A stretch of DNA of 64,000 bases from Deltaproteobacteria bacterium. GTDB taxonomy: Bacteria; Myxococcota; Kuafuiibacteriia; Kuafuiibacteriales; Kuafuiibacteriaceae. Below the pieces are notes generated by a model. That model saw only the letters and a program-made list of their open reading frames with translations, was not told the DNA's origin and searched no databases. A program made the position numbers and the translations under genes. This document shows, one piece after another, positions 1-9,358 of this stretch. The stretch spans positions 128,001 through 192,000 of the forward strand of contig JAVJQW010000038.1 in assembly GCA_040218735.1 (NCBI GenBank), given 5' to 3'. Within the stretch, counting starts at the first letter, position 1. Each line of letters opens with the position of its first letter.

Positions 1-383
1 CGGCGCGCGTTGAGGAAGCGTTTGCGGTTCGCGAGGTCGGCGTGGGTGAGGAGGACCTGCGCCACCGGGACGTCGTGTTTGCGGAACGCGGACGACCACG
101 CTTCGACGAGCTTCGACTGCCCGATCGCCGCCGCCGCCTGCAGGCCCGCCATCGTGCGCGGGCGTTGTTTCAGCCCGAGGATGCCCATCCCGACCGCGAT
201 CGCGCCCGACGACACCACGTACGGCCACCGCCGCAGCCCGACGATCGGCGCGATCTCGTTCGCGAGCCGCCGGATGGTCTTGGGATCGAGGCGCCCCTCG
301 CCGTCCGTGAGGACGCCGGAGCCGATCTTCACCACGACCCGCCCGGTGCGGACGAGTTTCTTCAGGTCGCCCCGCGTGGACAT
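1..383 (-). CDS. proB: glutamate 5-kinase (5' part; runs off window start)
   Basis: Manual translation from ATG at 383: MSTRGDLKKLVRTGRVVVKIGSGVLT...VVSSGAIAVGMG...QAAAAIGQSKLVEAW...VAQVLLTHADLANRKRFLNAR, which carries the standard ProB motifs. Not in the ORF track. Confidence 0.95.
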   Translation of the reverse strand, partial: MSTRGDLKKLVRTGRVVVKIGSGVLTDGEGRLDPKTIRRLANEIAPIVGLRRWPYVVSSGAIAVGMGILGLKQRPRTMAGLQAAAAIGQSKLVEAWSSAFRKHDVPVAQVLLTHADLANRKRFLNAR

Positions 384-384
384 G

Positions 385-1338
385 TCACTCTTCGGACTTC
401 GCGCCGTCCTTCTTGCCGCCGATGACGGTGCTGGTGCGTGTACCGCCGTCCAGGAACGCGAGCGGGTCGAGGTCGACGGGGCGGTGTTTGATCGTCGGGA
501 CGAAGTCCTTCGGCTTCACCTCCGCGCCTTCGATCGTCTCGATCGTGTAGTCGAGCGCGAGCTTCAGGCGCCCCACCTTCTGGTCCGCCTTCGCGGGCGG
601 GATCTCCAGCTCACCGCGCAGCTTCACCTGAATCGGCACGCCGGTCTTCTCGTCGATGAAGAGCGAGCCGGACAGCGACACCGGCTTCTTCTTGCCCTTC
701 ATCCCGGGCACCTCGACGTACTCCGAACCGTCGCGAAGCTCGAACGCGTACTTGGCGGCGCCGCGCCCCTTCACGGTGGCGGCGCCCTCCTTGCGCAGGC
801 CGACGCGCGGACCGAAGTAACTCGTGTACACGCGCAGCGGCTGCCACGCTTCGTCGAGCATCTCCAAGTGACGGTGCTCGACGAGCCCCTGCACCCGCAT
901 CTTGCCGGGGCCGTTGCGCACGTACATCACGCCGCCGTTGTAGACGAGCTCGCGCGCGATCGCGTCGTCCTTGTCCTTCTGCAGGACGCGGAAGCTCCCG
1001 TGCAGGCCGTGCTCGATGTGCGTCTTCTCCACGAGGTCGAGCTGGTGTTTGTTGCGCACCAGCGTGAAGCGCGCGGTCCCGTCGTACGCGATGAACCCCA
1101 TGCGCGCGACGGCCTCCTCGTAGCGCATGTTCAGCACACGCTGCAGGAGGTCGGGGCGCTCACCGACGAGGTAGGCGTCGATCGGGTTCTTCGCCCGCTC
1201 CAGCATCTCGGCGGCGATCTTCTCGCGGCCCCAGACCCGGACGCCCTCCTTGGACATCTTCTCGCCGTCGCTGCAGCCACCGCAGGACACGAGGCCCATG
1301 GCGAGGGACGACACGACGAGGCGACCGAGGACGTTCAC
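385..1338 (-). CDS. hypothetical lipoprotein
   Basis: Clean ORF with Lys/Glu-rich composition typical of real proteins here. The N-terminal hydrophobic stretch ends in LVSC/GGC (lipobox-like). Its stop lies directly before the proB start. Confidence 0.75.
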   Translation of the reverse strand: MNVLGRLVVSSLAMGLVSCGGCSDGEKMSKEGVRVWGREKIAAEMLERAKNPIDAYLVGERPDLLQRVLNMRYEEAVARMGFIAYDGTARFTLVRNKHQLDLVEKTHIEHGLHGSFRVLQKDKDDAIARELVYNGGVMYVRNGPGKMRVQGLVEHRHLEMLDEAWQPLRVYTSYFGPRVGLRKEGAATVKGRGAAKYAFELRDGSEYVEVPGMKGKKKPVSLSGSLFIDEKTGVPIQVKLRGELEIPPAKADQKVGRLKLALDYTIETIEGAEVKPKDFVPTIKHRPVDLDPLAFLDGGTRTSTVIGGKKDGAKSEE

Positions 1339-1387
1339 GACGACAAGCGCCCTATCACGACCCGCTTCGGGGCGTCGAGATCGACCG

Positions 1388-2122
1388 TCACGGCGCTTTA
1401 CGTCCGATCACGATGTATTGCCGCGGCAGCGTCTCCTCGACGACCTCCGCTTCGAGGCCGCCCGCCTTCAGCTCCTCGATCACCTTCGCGGCCGGGAGGC
1501 GGTGCTCCGGCGGCGGGCCCTCGGGGCTGTCCTTCGTGAAGTCGACGATCACCACCTGCCCGCCGGGCGCGAGGCCCGCCGCGAGCTTTTCGGTGTACGC
1601 GACGCGCCCGTCGATGTGGTGCCAGGTGTCGACGATCAAGACGCGGTCGACGCCGCCCGCGGGGAGCTTCGGGTCGTCATAGGGGATCTGGTCCACGGTG
1701 ACGTTGCCGAGGCCGTCCTTCTCCACGCGCGCCTTCATGTACGCGACGAGGTTCGCCTCGACGTCGAGCGCGAGCACCTGGCCCGACGCACCGACCGCCT
1801 TCGATAGGTACGGAAGGAAGTAACCCGTGCCCGCACCGATGTCCGCGACCGTCGCCCCGCTGTCGACCGTCGCGGCCTTCACGACCTCGGCCGGCTTCTG
1901 CCACGCGTCGCGCTTTGGATCGTCGAAGCGCTTCGCCCACTTCTCGGCGTCGTCGAAGCGGTGATGGAACCCTTCGCCGCCCTTGCCGTGATGTTCGCCG
2001 TGGCCGTGGTGTTCGCCGTGACCGTGTTCGTGCGCGGCGGGCGCGCTCGCCGGGCCGTCCTTCTGCGTAGAGCTGCAGCCGAGCACGAGGGTCATAGAGG
2101 CGAGAGCGTACTTCGCATTCAC
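1388..2122 (-). CDS. class I SAM-dependent methyltransferase with lipoprotein signal and His-rich linker
   Basis: Motif I VADIGAGTGYF, VLALDVE and DTWHHI are present. N-terminal LVLGC lipobox, followed by HEHGHGEHHGHGEHHG. Confidence 0.85.
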   Translation of the reverse strand: MNAKYALASMTLVLGCSSTQKDGPASAPAAHEHGHGEHHGHGEHHGKGGEGFHHRFDDAEKWAKRFDDPKRDAWQKPAEVVKAATVDSGATVADIGAGTGYFLPYLSKAVGASGQVLALDVEANLVAYMKARVEKDGLGNVTVDQIPYDDPKLPAGGVDRVLIVDTWHHIDGRVAYTEKLAAGLAPGGQVVIVDFTKDSPEGPPPEHRLPAAKVIEELKAGGLEAEVVEETLPRQYIVIGRKAP

Positions 2123-2144
2123 GGCGCGCTGCTTAGCAGCGGGG

Positions 2145-2882
2145 CTACTCGTCGTCGAGCAGGAGCGTCGTCGAAGACGGGAGCAGCGGCGTGTTCGACG
2201 GCGCGGAGCGCCCGATCAGCGGCGCGAGCATCATGCCCATCGTGCCGGACACCGTCCCCGCGAGGGTCGCGTGGTAGGCGTCCCAGAGCAGCTCTTGAAG
2301 CAGCGTCGGCGCCGGCGTCATGAACCAGGTGATCAGCGCCTGCAGGAACACCAGCGTGAACCCGAAACCGAAGCCGGCCGAGAAGCTCCGGAAGATGCTC
2401 CGGAACATGGTGCGCATGCGGCGGCGGAGCGTCGGCCGGCGCCCGAGGTCCTTCATCCCGGCGAGCGCCGCGCGCTCCCAGAGGCGGCGCCCGGTGCGCC
2501 ACGCGATCGGGACGGGGAGGAGGAACGACAGCCCCGCGAGCCAACCGAAGCCGTGTTCGATCGCGTACAGCGGGATGAGCATCGTCATCCACAGCGAGCC
2601 GATGCCGAGGCCGTAGAGCGCGCCGAGCTTCCCGGTCTCGCGCATCTGCCGCCACGCATGTTTGTTGGCGAGGATCGCCTTGGCTTCGGGGTCGGGCTCG
2701 TCCTCGACGGCGTCCGCCTGGAGGATCGTTTCGATGCGGTCGCGCCAGAGGTTGTACTGCTCCGTGTCACCCGTGACGAGCAGGTGCGAGAGCATCATCG
2801 GTTCGAGTTTGGCGGGGAGAGGGCGCGGGGCGTCGTCGTCCGTGCGTGGAGCCAATGCGGTCGGTCCTTCCTCTCTCGACAT
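2145..2882 (-). CDS. hypothetical membrane protein (start uncertain)
   Basis: About four hydrophobic segments (GALYGLGIGSLWMTMLIPL; GWLAGLSFLLPVPIAW; FSAGFGFGFTLVFLQALITW; GTVSGTMGMMLAPLIG). Confidence 0.7.
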   Translation of the reverse strand: MSREEGPTALAPRTDDDAPRPLPAKLEPMMLSHLLVTGDTEQYNLWRDRIETILQADAVEDEPDPEAKAILANKHAWRQMRETGKLGALYGLGIGSLWMTMLIPLYAIEHGFGWLAGLSFLLPVPIAWRTGRRLWERAALAGMKDLGRRPTLRRRMRTMFRSIFRSFSAGFGFGFTLVFLQALITWFMTPAPTLLQELLWDAYHATLAGTVSGTMGMMLAPLIGRSAPSNTPLLPSSTTLLLDDE

Positions 2883-3079
2883 TCGTCCGTCTGCCCGTCC
2901 TTTCGAGCGCCTCCTCATTCTATACTGCGACGGCGCCACTTTTGTTTCCGTAACCTCGGTTTTGCCGCCATCACGCGGCGAATCACCCTGAGGCACCCGT
3001 GTGGGTCTGGTGCCTCCCTTCGAAACAGAGGTCCCCGAGCCGGTTCAACCTGGGGCGCACCCCGACGATTGCTGGGGGC

Positions 3080-3841
3080 GTGGACCTCGCCACCATCATC
3101 GGAATCGTCCTCGGATTCGGTCTGATCGTCGGGTCGATCCTGATGAACGGCGAGATCACCGCGTTCATCGACCCCCCGTCGCTCCTCGTCGTCGTCGGCG
3201 GCACCATCGCCTCGACCTTGATCGCCGAGCGCGCGGGTCGCGTCCTCGCCGGCTTCAAGGTGGGGCTCAACACGGTGATCAGCAAGACGCCGGACCCGGT
3301 GGCGACCATCGCGGTCATCGGCGACCTCGCCGCCGCCGCGCGCAAGGACGGCATCCTCGCGCTCGAGAAGATGGAGGTCACCGACAAGTTCCTCGCGAAG
3401 GGTGTGCGCCTCGCGGTCGACGGCATCGCGCCCGAGGAGATCCGGTCATCGCTCGTCGGGGAGCTCATCTCTTTGAAGGCGCGCCACAAGCGCGGGCAGA
3501 AGCTGTTCCGGTTCATGTCGGGCACCGCGCCCTCGATGGGGATGATCGGGACGCTGATCGGTCTGGTGCAGATGCTCCAGGCCCTCGACGACCCGTCGGC
3601 GATCGGTCCCGCGATGGCGGTCGCGCTCCTCACCACGCTCTACGGCGCCATCGTCGCGTTCCTGGTGTGCGCGCCGATCGCGGACAAACTCGAGACCCGC
3701 ACGTCCGAGGAGACCGCGAACATGCAGATCGTCCTCGAAGGGATCGACGGCATCCTGAAGGGCGAGAACCCGAAGCTGATCCGCGAGAAGCTCGAGGGCT
3801 ACCTCGCGCCGAAGGCCCGCACCAAGGCCGAGGACAAGTAG
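3080..3841 (+). CDS. motA: MotA/PomA-type stator protein
   Basis: GTG start gives MDLATIIGIVLG. Contains ARKDGILALE, FLAKGVRLAVDG, APSMGMIGTLIGLVQML, MAVALLTTLYG and GENPKLIREKL. Confidence 0.93.
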   Translation: MDLATIIGIVLGFGLIVGSILMNGEITAFIDPPSLLVVVGGTIASTLIAERAGRVLAGFKVGLNTVISKTPDPVATIAVIGDLAAAARKDGILALEKMEVTDKFLAKGVRLAVDGIAPEEIRSSLVGELISLKARHKRGQKLFRFMSGTAPSMGMIGTLIGLVQMLQALDDPSAIGPAMAVALLTTLYGAIVAFLVCAPIADKLETRTSEETANMQIVLEGIDGILKGENPKLIREKLEGYLAPKARTKAEDK

Positions 3842-3847
3842 GGCGTC

Positions 3848-4612
3848 ATGTTCGACGACGACGACGACGACGGCGGGGGAGGCGGCGAAGGCGCACCCGC
3901 GTGGATGGCGACGTTCGCCGACATGGCGACGCTGCTGCTCACGTTCTTCGTGTTGCTGCTCTCGTTCGCCAACATGGACATCCAGGACTTCAAGATGGCG
4001 CTGGGCTCCGTGAAGAATGCGCTGGGGGTGAAGTCGGTCCAGCCGGGGTACTTCGAGGGCGTGACGACGAACCCGCTGCAGTTCGACGAAGAGGGGAAGG
4101 ACACGCAGGGCGAGGGCTCGGGGGTCGGCGAAGACGAGGCGATCGTGAAGATCAAGGCGCTCATCGAGAAGAAGGAGCTCGACGACCACATGACGGTCGA
4201 GATCGACGACGACAACATCGCCATGACGATCTACGACCAGTTCAAGCCGGGCTCCGCGAACCTCGAGCCGAAGAACTTCGAGGAGCTCGACCTCGCGGCG
4301 GAGCTCTGCCACGACGTCGGGACCGCGATCACCGTCGAGGGGCACACCGACGACACGCCGATCGGCCCGCCGATCATGTCGAACTGGACGCTGTCCGCGA
4401 TGCGCGCGGGTGCAGTCGCGCGTTACCTGATGGTCGCGGGACGTGTGGAGCGGGAGCGCGTCACGGTGGCCGGATACGCGGACGTGCGCCCCGAGCTCCC
4501 GAACGACTCGGACGCGAACCGCGCGAAGAATCGTCGCATCCGCATCGTGCTCGCGCGGCGGACGAAGACCACCGTCTACAAGACCAACCCGGGTTTGTGG
4601 CGGGGCGACTGA
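3848..4612 (+). CDS. motB: MotB/PomB-type stator protein (OmpA-like peptidoglycan-binding domain)
   Basis: TM segment WMATFADMATLLLTFFVLL with the conserved Asp. C-terminal VEGHTD, NWTLSAMRA and NRAKNRRIRI. Confidence 0.93.
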   Translation: MFDDDDDDGGGGGEGAPAWMATFADMATLLLTFFVLLLSFANMDIQDFKMALGSVKNALGVKSVQPGYFEGVTTNPLQFDEEGKDTQGEGSGVGEDEAIVKIKALIEKKELDDHMTVEIDDDNIAMTIYDQFKPGSANLEPKNFEELDLAAELCHDVGTAITVEGHTDDTPIGPPIMSNWTLSAMRAGAVARYLMVAGRVERERVTVAGYADVRPELPNDSDANRAKNRRIRIVLARRTKTTVYKTNPGLWRGD

Positions 4613-4640
4613 CCGGACGTTCGCGCGGTAGGGTGACGGT

Positions 4641-5171
4641 ATGTCCGTCGCGGTCTTGCTCCTCGCGCTCGCGTCGCCCCACGCGCTCGCCGACGACAGC
4701 GCGGTTCGGTTCACCGCGCACCAGACGTTCTCGAACACGACCGGCCACTTTCGAAAGTTCGAAGGCACGTTCGACATCGATCGCGAAGACCTCGCGGCGT
4801 CGAAGGTGCGGGTCGAGATCGACGCGGCGTCGATCGACACCGACAACGACGGACGCGACGATCACCTGCGCAACGAGGACTTCTTCCACGTCGACGAACA
4901 CCCGAAGATCGTCTTCGAGAGCACGTCGGTCACGCCGACGGCGAAGGACCGCGTGCGGGTGAAGGGGACGCTCACCGTGAAGGGCAAGAAGGTGCCGGTG
5001 ACGTTCTCGATGCAGCTGAAGTGGCGGGACGACGGTGTCGATGCGTTCGGGCGGCTGACGGTCGACCGCAACACGCTCGGACTCACCTACGAGGCGCCGT
5101 TCTACGCGCCGGCGCTGAAGCCGAACGTGAACCTGGAGCTCGACGTGAAGCTCAGGCGGCGCGGCGGGTGA
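4641..5171 (+). CDS. YceI family protein (secreted)
   Basis: IDAASIDTDNDGRDDHLRNEDFFHVDEHPKIVFEST and GTLTVKG; signal peptide. Confidence 0.92.
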   Translation: MSVAVLLLALASPHALADDSAVRFTAHQTFSNTTGHFRKFEGTFDIDREDLAASKVRVEIDAASIDTDNDGRDDHLRNEDFFHVDEHPKIVFESTSVTPTAKDRVRVKGTLTVKGKKVPVTFSMQLKWRDDGVDAFGRLTVDRNTLGLTYEAPFYAPALKPNVNLELDVKLRRRGG

Positions 5172-6282
5172 GCGCGACCCAGTCGACGACCATGCGGCCG
5201 CCGAGCGGGACTTCGCAGAGCAGCGCGAGCGTGATCATCGGCCCGATCGACTGAACGATCGCACCCGTCGCCACGAGCAGCGCCAACAACAGCAGCACCG
5301 CGACGTGCGCCATCAGGTACGTGCGCGCGACGGCGCGACGGGCGAGCACGACCAGCGCGAGGTGCAGCGGTGGGAACACGAGCATGTTCCAGTTCGCGTG
5401 GTAGAAGTCGTACTCCGACAGCAGCCAGAACGCCGTGTACACGAGGCCCATCGAACCCCACAGCGCGCCGAGCACCCGTGCACCGAGGGTGGGGCGCCAG
5501 ACGCCGAGGAGGATCAGCGGCAGCCCGAGCAGCAGGTAGACCTTCAGCCAGGGCCAGTCCCAGGGCGGCATGTCGGTGTACGAGAGCGAGCGGTACTCGG
5601 TGAACTTGCGGACGACGAACGGCTGGCCGTCGAAGCGCGCGCTGTCGATGATCGCGTCGACGGCCTCGGGGATGAAGATGGTGTCCCAGGCGACGATCGG
5701 GACGTCGCCCATGCCGTTCCCCATGAGGTCCATCGCGAGGTAGGTCGCCGGCTTCCAGCGCACGCGATCCAGGATCCAGTCACGGTGGGTCCCCGGCACG
5801 GGCTGCCCCGCGTGGGACTTCAGTCGACCGCCGAGGTGGCGGTCGAGGAGCTGGGCGATGCGCGTCGTGCAGTTGTCGAAGATGTGGTGGTACAGGTACG
5901 TGCGGTTCTCGGGCTTCGCGTTCTCTTCGAGGTCCTTCACGATCGCGCGGGCGACGTCGGGTTCGAACCGGAGCGTGCGACCGACGATCGTGCGGTCCTC
6001 CGCGGAGTACTCCAGGAGCAGGTCGCTGTACGGCGTGACCTTGAGGTACGCCTCGATGCGGCCCTGGACGAGGCGCATCCAGAAGTTGGGTTGCTCCATG
6101 TCGACGCCGCCGAAGTTGTAGGCGGTGTCGGTGCCGTCGGCCTCGACGACGCGTAGCGCCGCGTGGCCGAACGTCGCGTAGGCGGCTTCGCCGACGCCGA
6201 TGGTGATGAGATCGATGCGCGGCGCCGCCGCGGTCGCGGTGACCGTCGACGTCATCGCCGCCAGCAGCAGTCCCAGGCCCAT
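5152..6282 (-). CDS. DUF4105/Lnb-like protein (possible lipoprotein N-acyltransferase; start uncertain)
   Basis: YATFGHAALRV, AYNFG and YLYHHIFDNCTTRI form the N-terminal His/Cys domain, followed by C-terminal TM helices. Confidence 0.8.
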   Translation of the reverse strand: MGLGLLLAAMTSTVTATAAAPRIDLITIGVGEAAYATFGHAALRVVEADGTDTAYNFGGVDMEQPNFWMRLVQGRIEAYLKVTPYSDLLLEYSAEDRTIVGRTLRFEPDVARAIVKDLEENAKPENRTYLYHHIFDNCTTRIAQLLDRHLGGRLKSHAGQPVPGTHRDWILDRVRWKPATYLAMDLMGNGMGDVPIVAWDTIFIPEAVDAIIDSARFDGQPFVVRKFTEYRSLSYTDMPPWDWPWLKVYLLLGLPLILLGVWRPTLGARVLGALWGSMGLVYTAFWLLSEYDFYHANWNMLVFPPLHLALVVLARRAVARTYLMAHVAVLLLLALLVATGAIVQSIGPMITLALLCEVPLGGRMVVDWVALTRRAA

Positions 6283-6340
6283 GGCACGGCGCCATAGCGC
6301 GATGGGCGCGGCATCTCCAGCCTCGTGGCATGATCCCACC

Positions 6341-7096
6341 GTGGACCCCCTGAAGGTGGTCGGCTTCAACGTGCGCTACGGGACCGCGAAGGACGGGCCG
6401 AACGCCTGGCCGCACCGGGAGGCGCTGGTGATCCGTCACCTCGCATCGCTCGACGCGGACCTCATCGGCGCTCAGGAGGTCCTCGACTTCCAGCTCGACG
6501 CGCTCCGCGCGGGCCTCCCCGAGCACACCGCGTTCGGCGTCGGGCGCGACGACGGCGCGACGCGTGGGGAGATGGTCGCGCTCTTCTTCAGGACGGAGCG
6601 CTTCGCGCCCCTCGCGCGCGGGCACTTCTGGCTGAGCCCGAACCCGGACCGTCCCGGGCGGGGGTGGGACGCGGCGCTGCCGCGGGTCGCCGCGTGGATA
6701 CTGCTGGAAGATCGAACATCGAAACGACCGGTTCGCCTGGTCGTCACGCACTTCGACCACGCCGGTGCGAAGGCACGGGCGGCGTCGGCGCGGCTGTTGT
6801 GTGCGCGGTTCGCGGACGACGACGCGATGCCGATCGTGACCGGCGACTTCAACGACGGGCTCGACTCCGAGACCTACCGAACGCTGACGAATACGTACGT
6901 GGATACCTATCGAGCCGCGCACGACGCCGAGACGGGGGGGACGTTCCACGGGTTCGGTGCGATCCAGGTCGACGATCGCATCGATTGGATCCTGACGTCG
7001 CGTGACGTTCGTGTCCTCGCGGCGTCGGTGGAGCGGACGGCCTACGGGGGACGCTGGCCTTCCGATCACCACGCGGTGACGGCCACGCTGGCGTGA
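6341..7096 (+). CDS. endonuclease/exonuclease/phosphatase family protein
   Basis: FNVRY, LIGAQEV, THFDH, VTGDFN, RIDWIL and WPSDHHAV. Confidence 0.92.
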   Translation: MDPLKVVGFNVRYGTAKDGPNAWPHREALVIRHLASLDADLIGAQEVLDFQLDALRAGLPEHTAFGVGRDDGATRGEMVALFFRTERFAPLARGHFWLSPNPDRPGRGWDAALPRVAAWILLEDRTSKRPVRLVVTHFDHAGAKARAASARLLCARFADDDAMPIVTGDFNDGLDSETYRTLTNTYVDTYRAAHDAETGGTFHGFGAIQVDDRIDWILTSRDVRVLAASVERTAYGGRWPSDHHAVTATLA

Positions 7097-7112
7097 GGTC
7101 GAGCGACGTTCC

Positions 7113-9281
7113 ATGTTATCAACGCGCGAGGTGCGCCTCATTCACAAGGTGATGGTGCTCGCCACGGTCCCGATGGCCGTGCTCGTGAGCGTCACCGGCT
7201 GGACGCTCACTGCGGCGATCGAGGATCAGCTCCGCGTCGAGCTCGAAGCGGAGACCCGCGCGGAGCTCACGCTTCGCACCGTGATGCTGAATCAGGACGT
7301 CCGGCATCGCTTCGATTCCCTCGCGCGGATCGCGTCGGATCCGATCTACTCCGAAGGTACCGAAGCGGAGCGGCTCGCGGCGCTGCGCGCGCGTCACCAC
7401 ACCGTGACGGGGTTGTTCGAGGGTCTCTACCTCGACGACCTGGACGGCAACGTGGTCGGGACCGACAGCACGCGCTTCAACGTAAGCGACCGTCCTTACT
7501 TTCCGATGATTCAGAAGGGAGAGCGCGTGGTGAGTCGGGCCCTCGACAGTCGAGCGACGGGCGAACACATCGTGGTGATGACGGTGCCGCTCCGCACCGA
7601 GGGCGACGAGCTGATCGGTGCGGTGGCGGGAACGGTGCGCGTCGACGACCTCGTCACGAGCGCGTCGCTGCTCCCGCCGCGGTTCGGTGGGTTCGCTGCC
7701 TTGTTGGAGAAAGACGGGACGCTCATGTCCGGCGAGCGGATGCCCGACGGCATCGCGGTCGACGTCTTCGCGGGCCACGAAGAACGTTCGACGCTCGACA
7801 TCGATGGGGCGCGGTACCTCCTGTTCTCGGATCCTGGGCACCCGATCCCCTGGCGCCTGGTGATCGGGTATCCGGAGTCCGAGGCGTTGGCGTTCCCGCG
7901 AAAGCTCCGACGTGCCACAGCGTTCACGATCCTCGTCGCGGTGTTCTTGACGGCCCTCGTCGCGGCGTTCGTCGCGCGCCGCATCACGCGCCCGGTCGTT
8001 GCGCTTCGCGCCGGCCACGATCGGGTGGCGCGTGGTGATCTCGAGGCTCATGTCGAGGTGATGACGAGCGACGAGATCGGTGACATCGCGCGCTCCTTCA
8101 ACGCGATGGTCGCACGTATCCGCGAAGAGACGGAGAGCCGTGCGGACGCGGAGGTGAAGCTCGAGCGAGCGCAGCGACTGGAGACCGTCGGCCTCCTCGC
8201 GGGCGGCGTCGCACACGACTTCAACAACCTCCTGATGACCATCCTGGCGAACGCGGAGTTCGCGGCCGAGGACTCGGACGACCCCGACGTCGAAGCGAGC
8301 CTCGGTGAGATCATCACGGCGTCGAAGCGCGGCGCGGATCTGACGCGGCAGCTGCTCGGGTTCGCGCGGCGCCAGCCGCACCTCCCGGCGGACGTCGATC
8401 TCGGTGAGGTCGTGCGGAGCATGGAGCCGCTCTTGAAGCGTGTGCTGCCGGAGACGATTCGACTCACCACCGAGGTGGGGCCGCAGTGCGGGGCCCACGT
8501 CGACGTCGGTCAGATCCAGCAGGTGTTGCTCAACCTGGTGATCAACGCGCGCGACGCGATCGACGCGCAGGGGCACGTGCGGGTGACGGTCGACGCCGAC
8601 CGGGAATCGGCGCGGATCGTCGTGCAGGACGACGGTTCGGGGATCTCGGCCGAGGCGCTCCCGAACATCTTCGATCCGTTTTTCACGACGAAGGACGCGG
8701 CGGGTGGAACCGGGCTCGGGCTGTCGATGGTGCACGGGATCGTCGAGCAGCACCGCGGTGCGATCGACGTGGAGAGCGAGCCCGGCAACACGAGGTTCAC
8801 GCTTCGTTTCGCGCGGGTTCGGCTGACCTCCGCGACGCCGCTCTCGGTGCGCGCGCCCGATCTCTCCGCGCTCGTCGGGAGCCTCCCCACGGGCCGCGTG
8901 TTGGTCGTCGAGGACGACCCGTCGGTGCAGCGTGCCACGGTGCAGGGGCTCAAGCGCATGGGCCTCGACGTCGCGGTCGCCGCCGACGGCCAGAGCGCGC
9001 TCGAGCGCTTCGAGCGCTCGCCGCATGCGTTCATCGCCATCGTCACCGACGTCGTCATGCCGCGGATGTCGGGCCCGGAGCTCGTCGAGCGGGTGCGCCA
9101 GCGGCGCGCGGACATCCCGGTGGTGTTCGTCACCGGCTACCAGGACCGCTCCGTCGAGGCGGAGCTGTCGCTGCCGGGCTCGACGCTGATCATGAAACCC
9201 GCGACGACCGAGCAGATCGCCCGCGCGGTGGAGGCGCTGATCCACGGCGCGACCCATCCGCCGAAGGCGGCCGAGGCTTGA
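7113..9281 (+). CDS. hybrid sensor histidine kinase (Cache, HAMP, HisKA, HATPase, receiver)
   Basis: Two TM segments, NVSDRPYF (Cache), DEIGDIARSFNAM (HAMP), GGVAHDFNNLL (H-box), NLVINARDA, FDPFFTTK, GTGLGL, and receiver motifs VLVVEDD / TDVVMP. Confidence 0.95.
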   Translation: MLSTREVRLIHKVMVLATVPMAVLVSVTGWTLTAAIEDQLRVELEAETRAELTLRTVMLNQDVRHRFDSLARIASDPIYSEGTEAERLAALRARHHTVTGLFEGLYLDDLDGNVVGTDSTRFNVSDRPYFPMIQKGERVVSRALDSRATGEHIVVMTVPLRTEGDELIGAVAGTVRVDDLVTSASLLPPRFGGFAALLEKDGTLMSGERMPDGIAVDVFAGHEERSTLDIDGARYLLFSDPGHPIPWRLVIGYPESEALAFPRKLRRATAFTILVAVFLTALVAAFVARRITRPVVALRAGHDRVARGDLEAHVEVMTSDEIGDIARSFNAMVARIREETESRADAEVKLERAQRLETVGLLAGGVAHDFNNLLMTILANAEFAAEDSDDPDVEASLGEIITASKRGADLTRQLLGFARRQPHLPADVDLGEVVRSMEPLLKRVLPETIRLTTEVGPQCGAHVDVGQIQQVLLNLVINARDAIDAQGHVRVTVDADRESARIVVQDDGSGISAEALPNIFDPFFTTKDAAGGTGLGLSMVHGIVEQHRGAIDVESEPGNTRFTLRFARVRLTSATPLSVRAPDLSALVGSLPTGRVLVVEDDPSVQRATVQGLKRMGLDVAVAADGQSALERFERSPHAFIAIVTDVVMPRMSGPELVERVRQRRADIPVVFVTGYQDRSVEAELSLPGSTLIMKPATTEQIARAVEALIHGATHPPKAAEA

Positions 9282-9358
9282 ACTTCCCAGAGTTGACGAG
9301 CTGTTCCGGCGGCGGGACTTCGACCCGGGCGCGCGCACCCTGATGCGCGACGGACGCG

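Noticed and set aside
3080-4612. Zorya anti-phage ZorA/ZorB
   Set aside because: The A subunit is a normal stator of about 250 aa with no long ZorA tail, and no zorC/D/E genes are adjacent.
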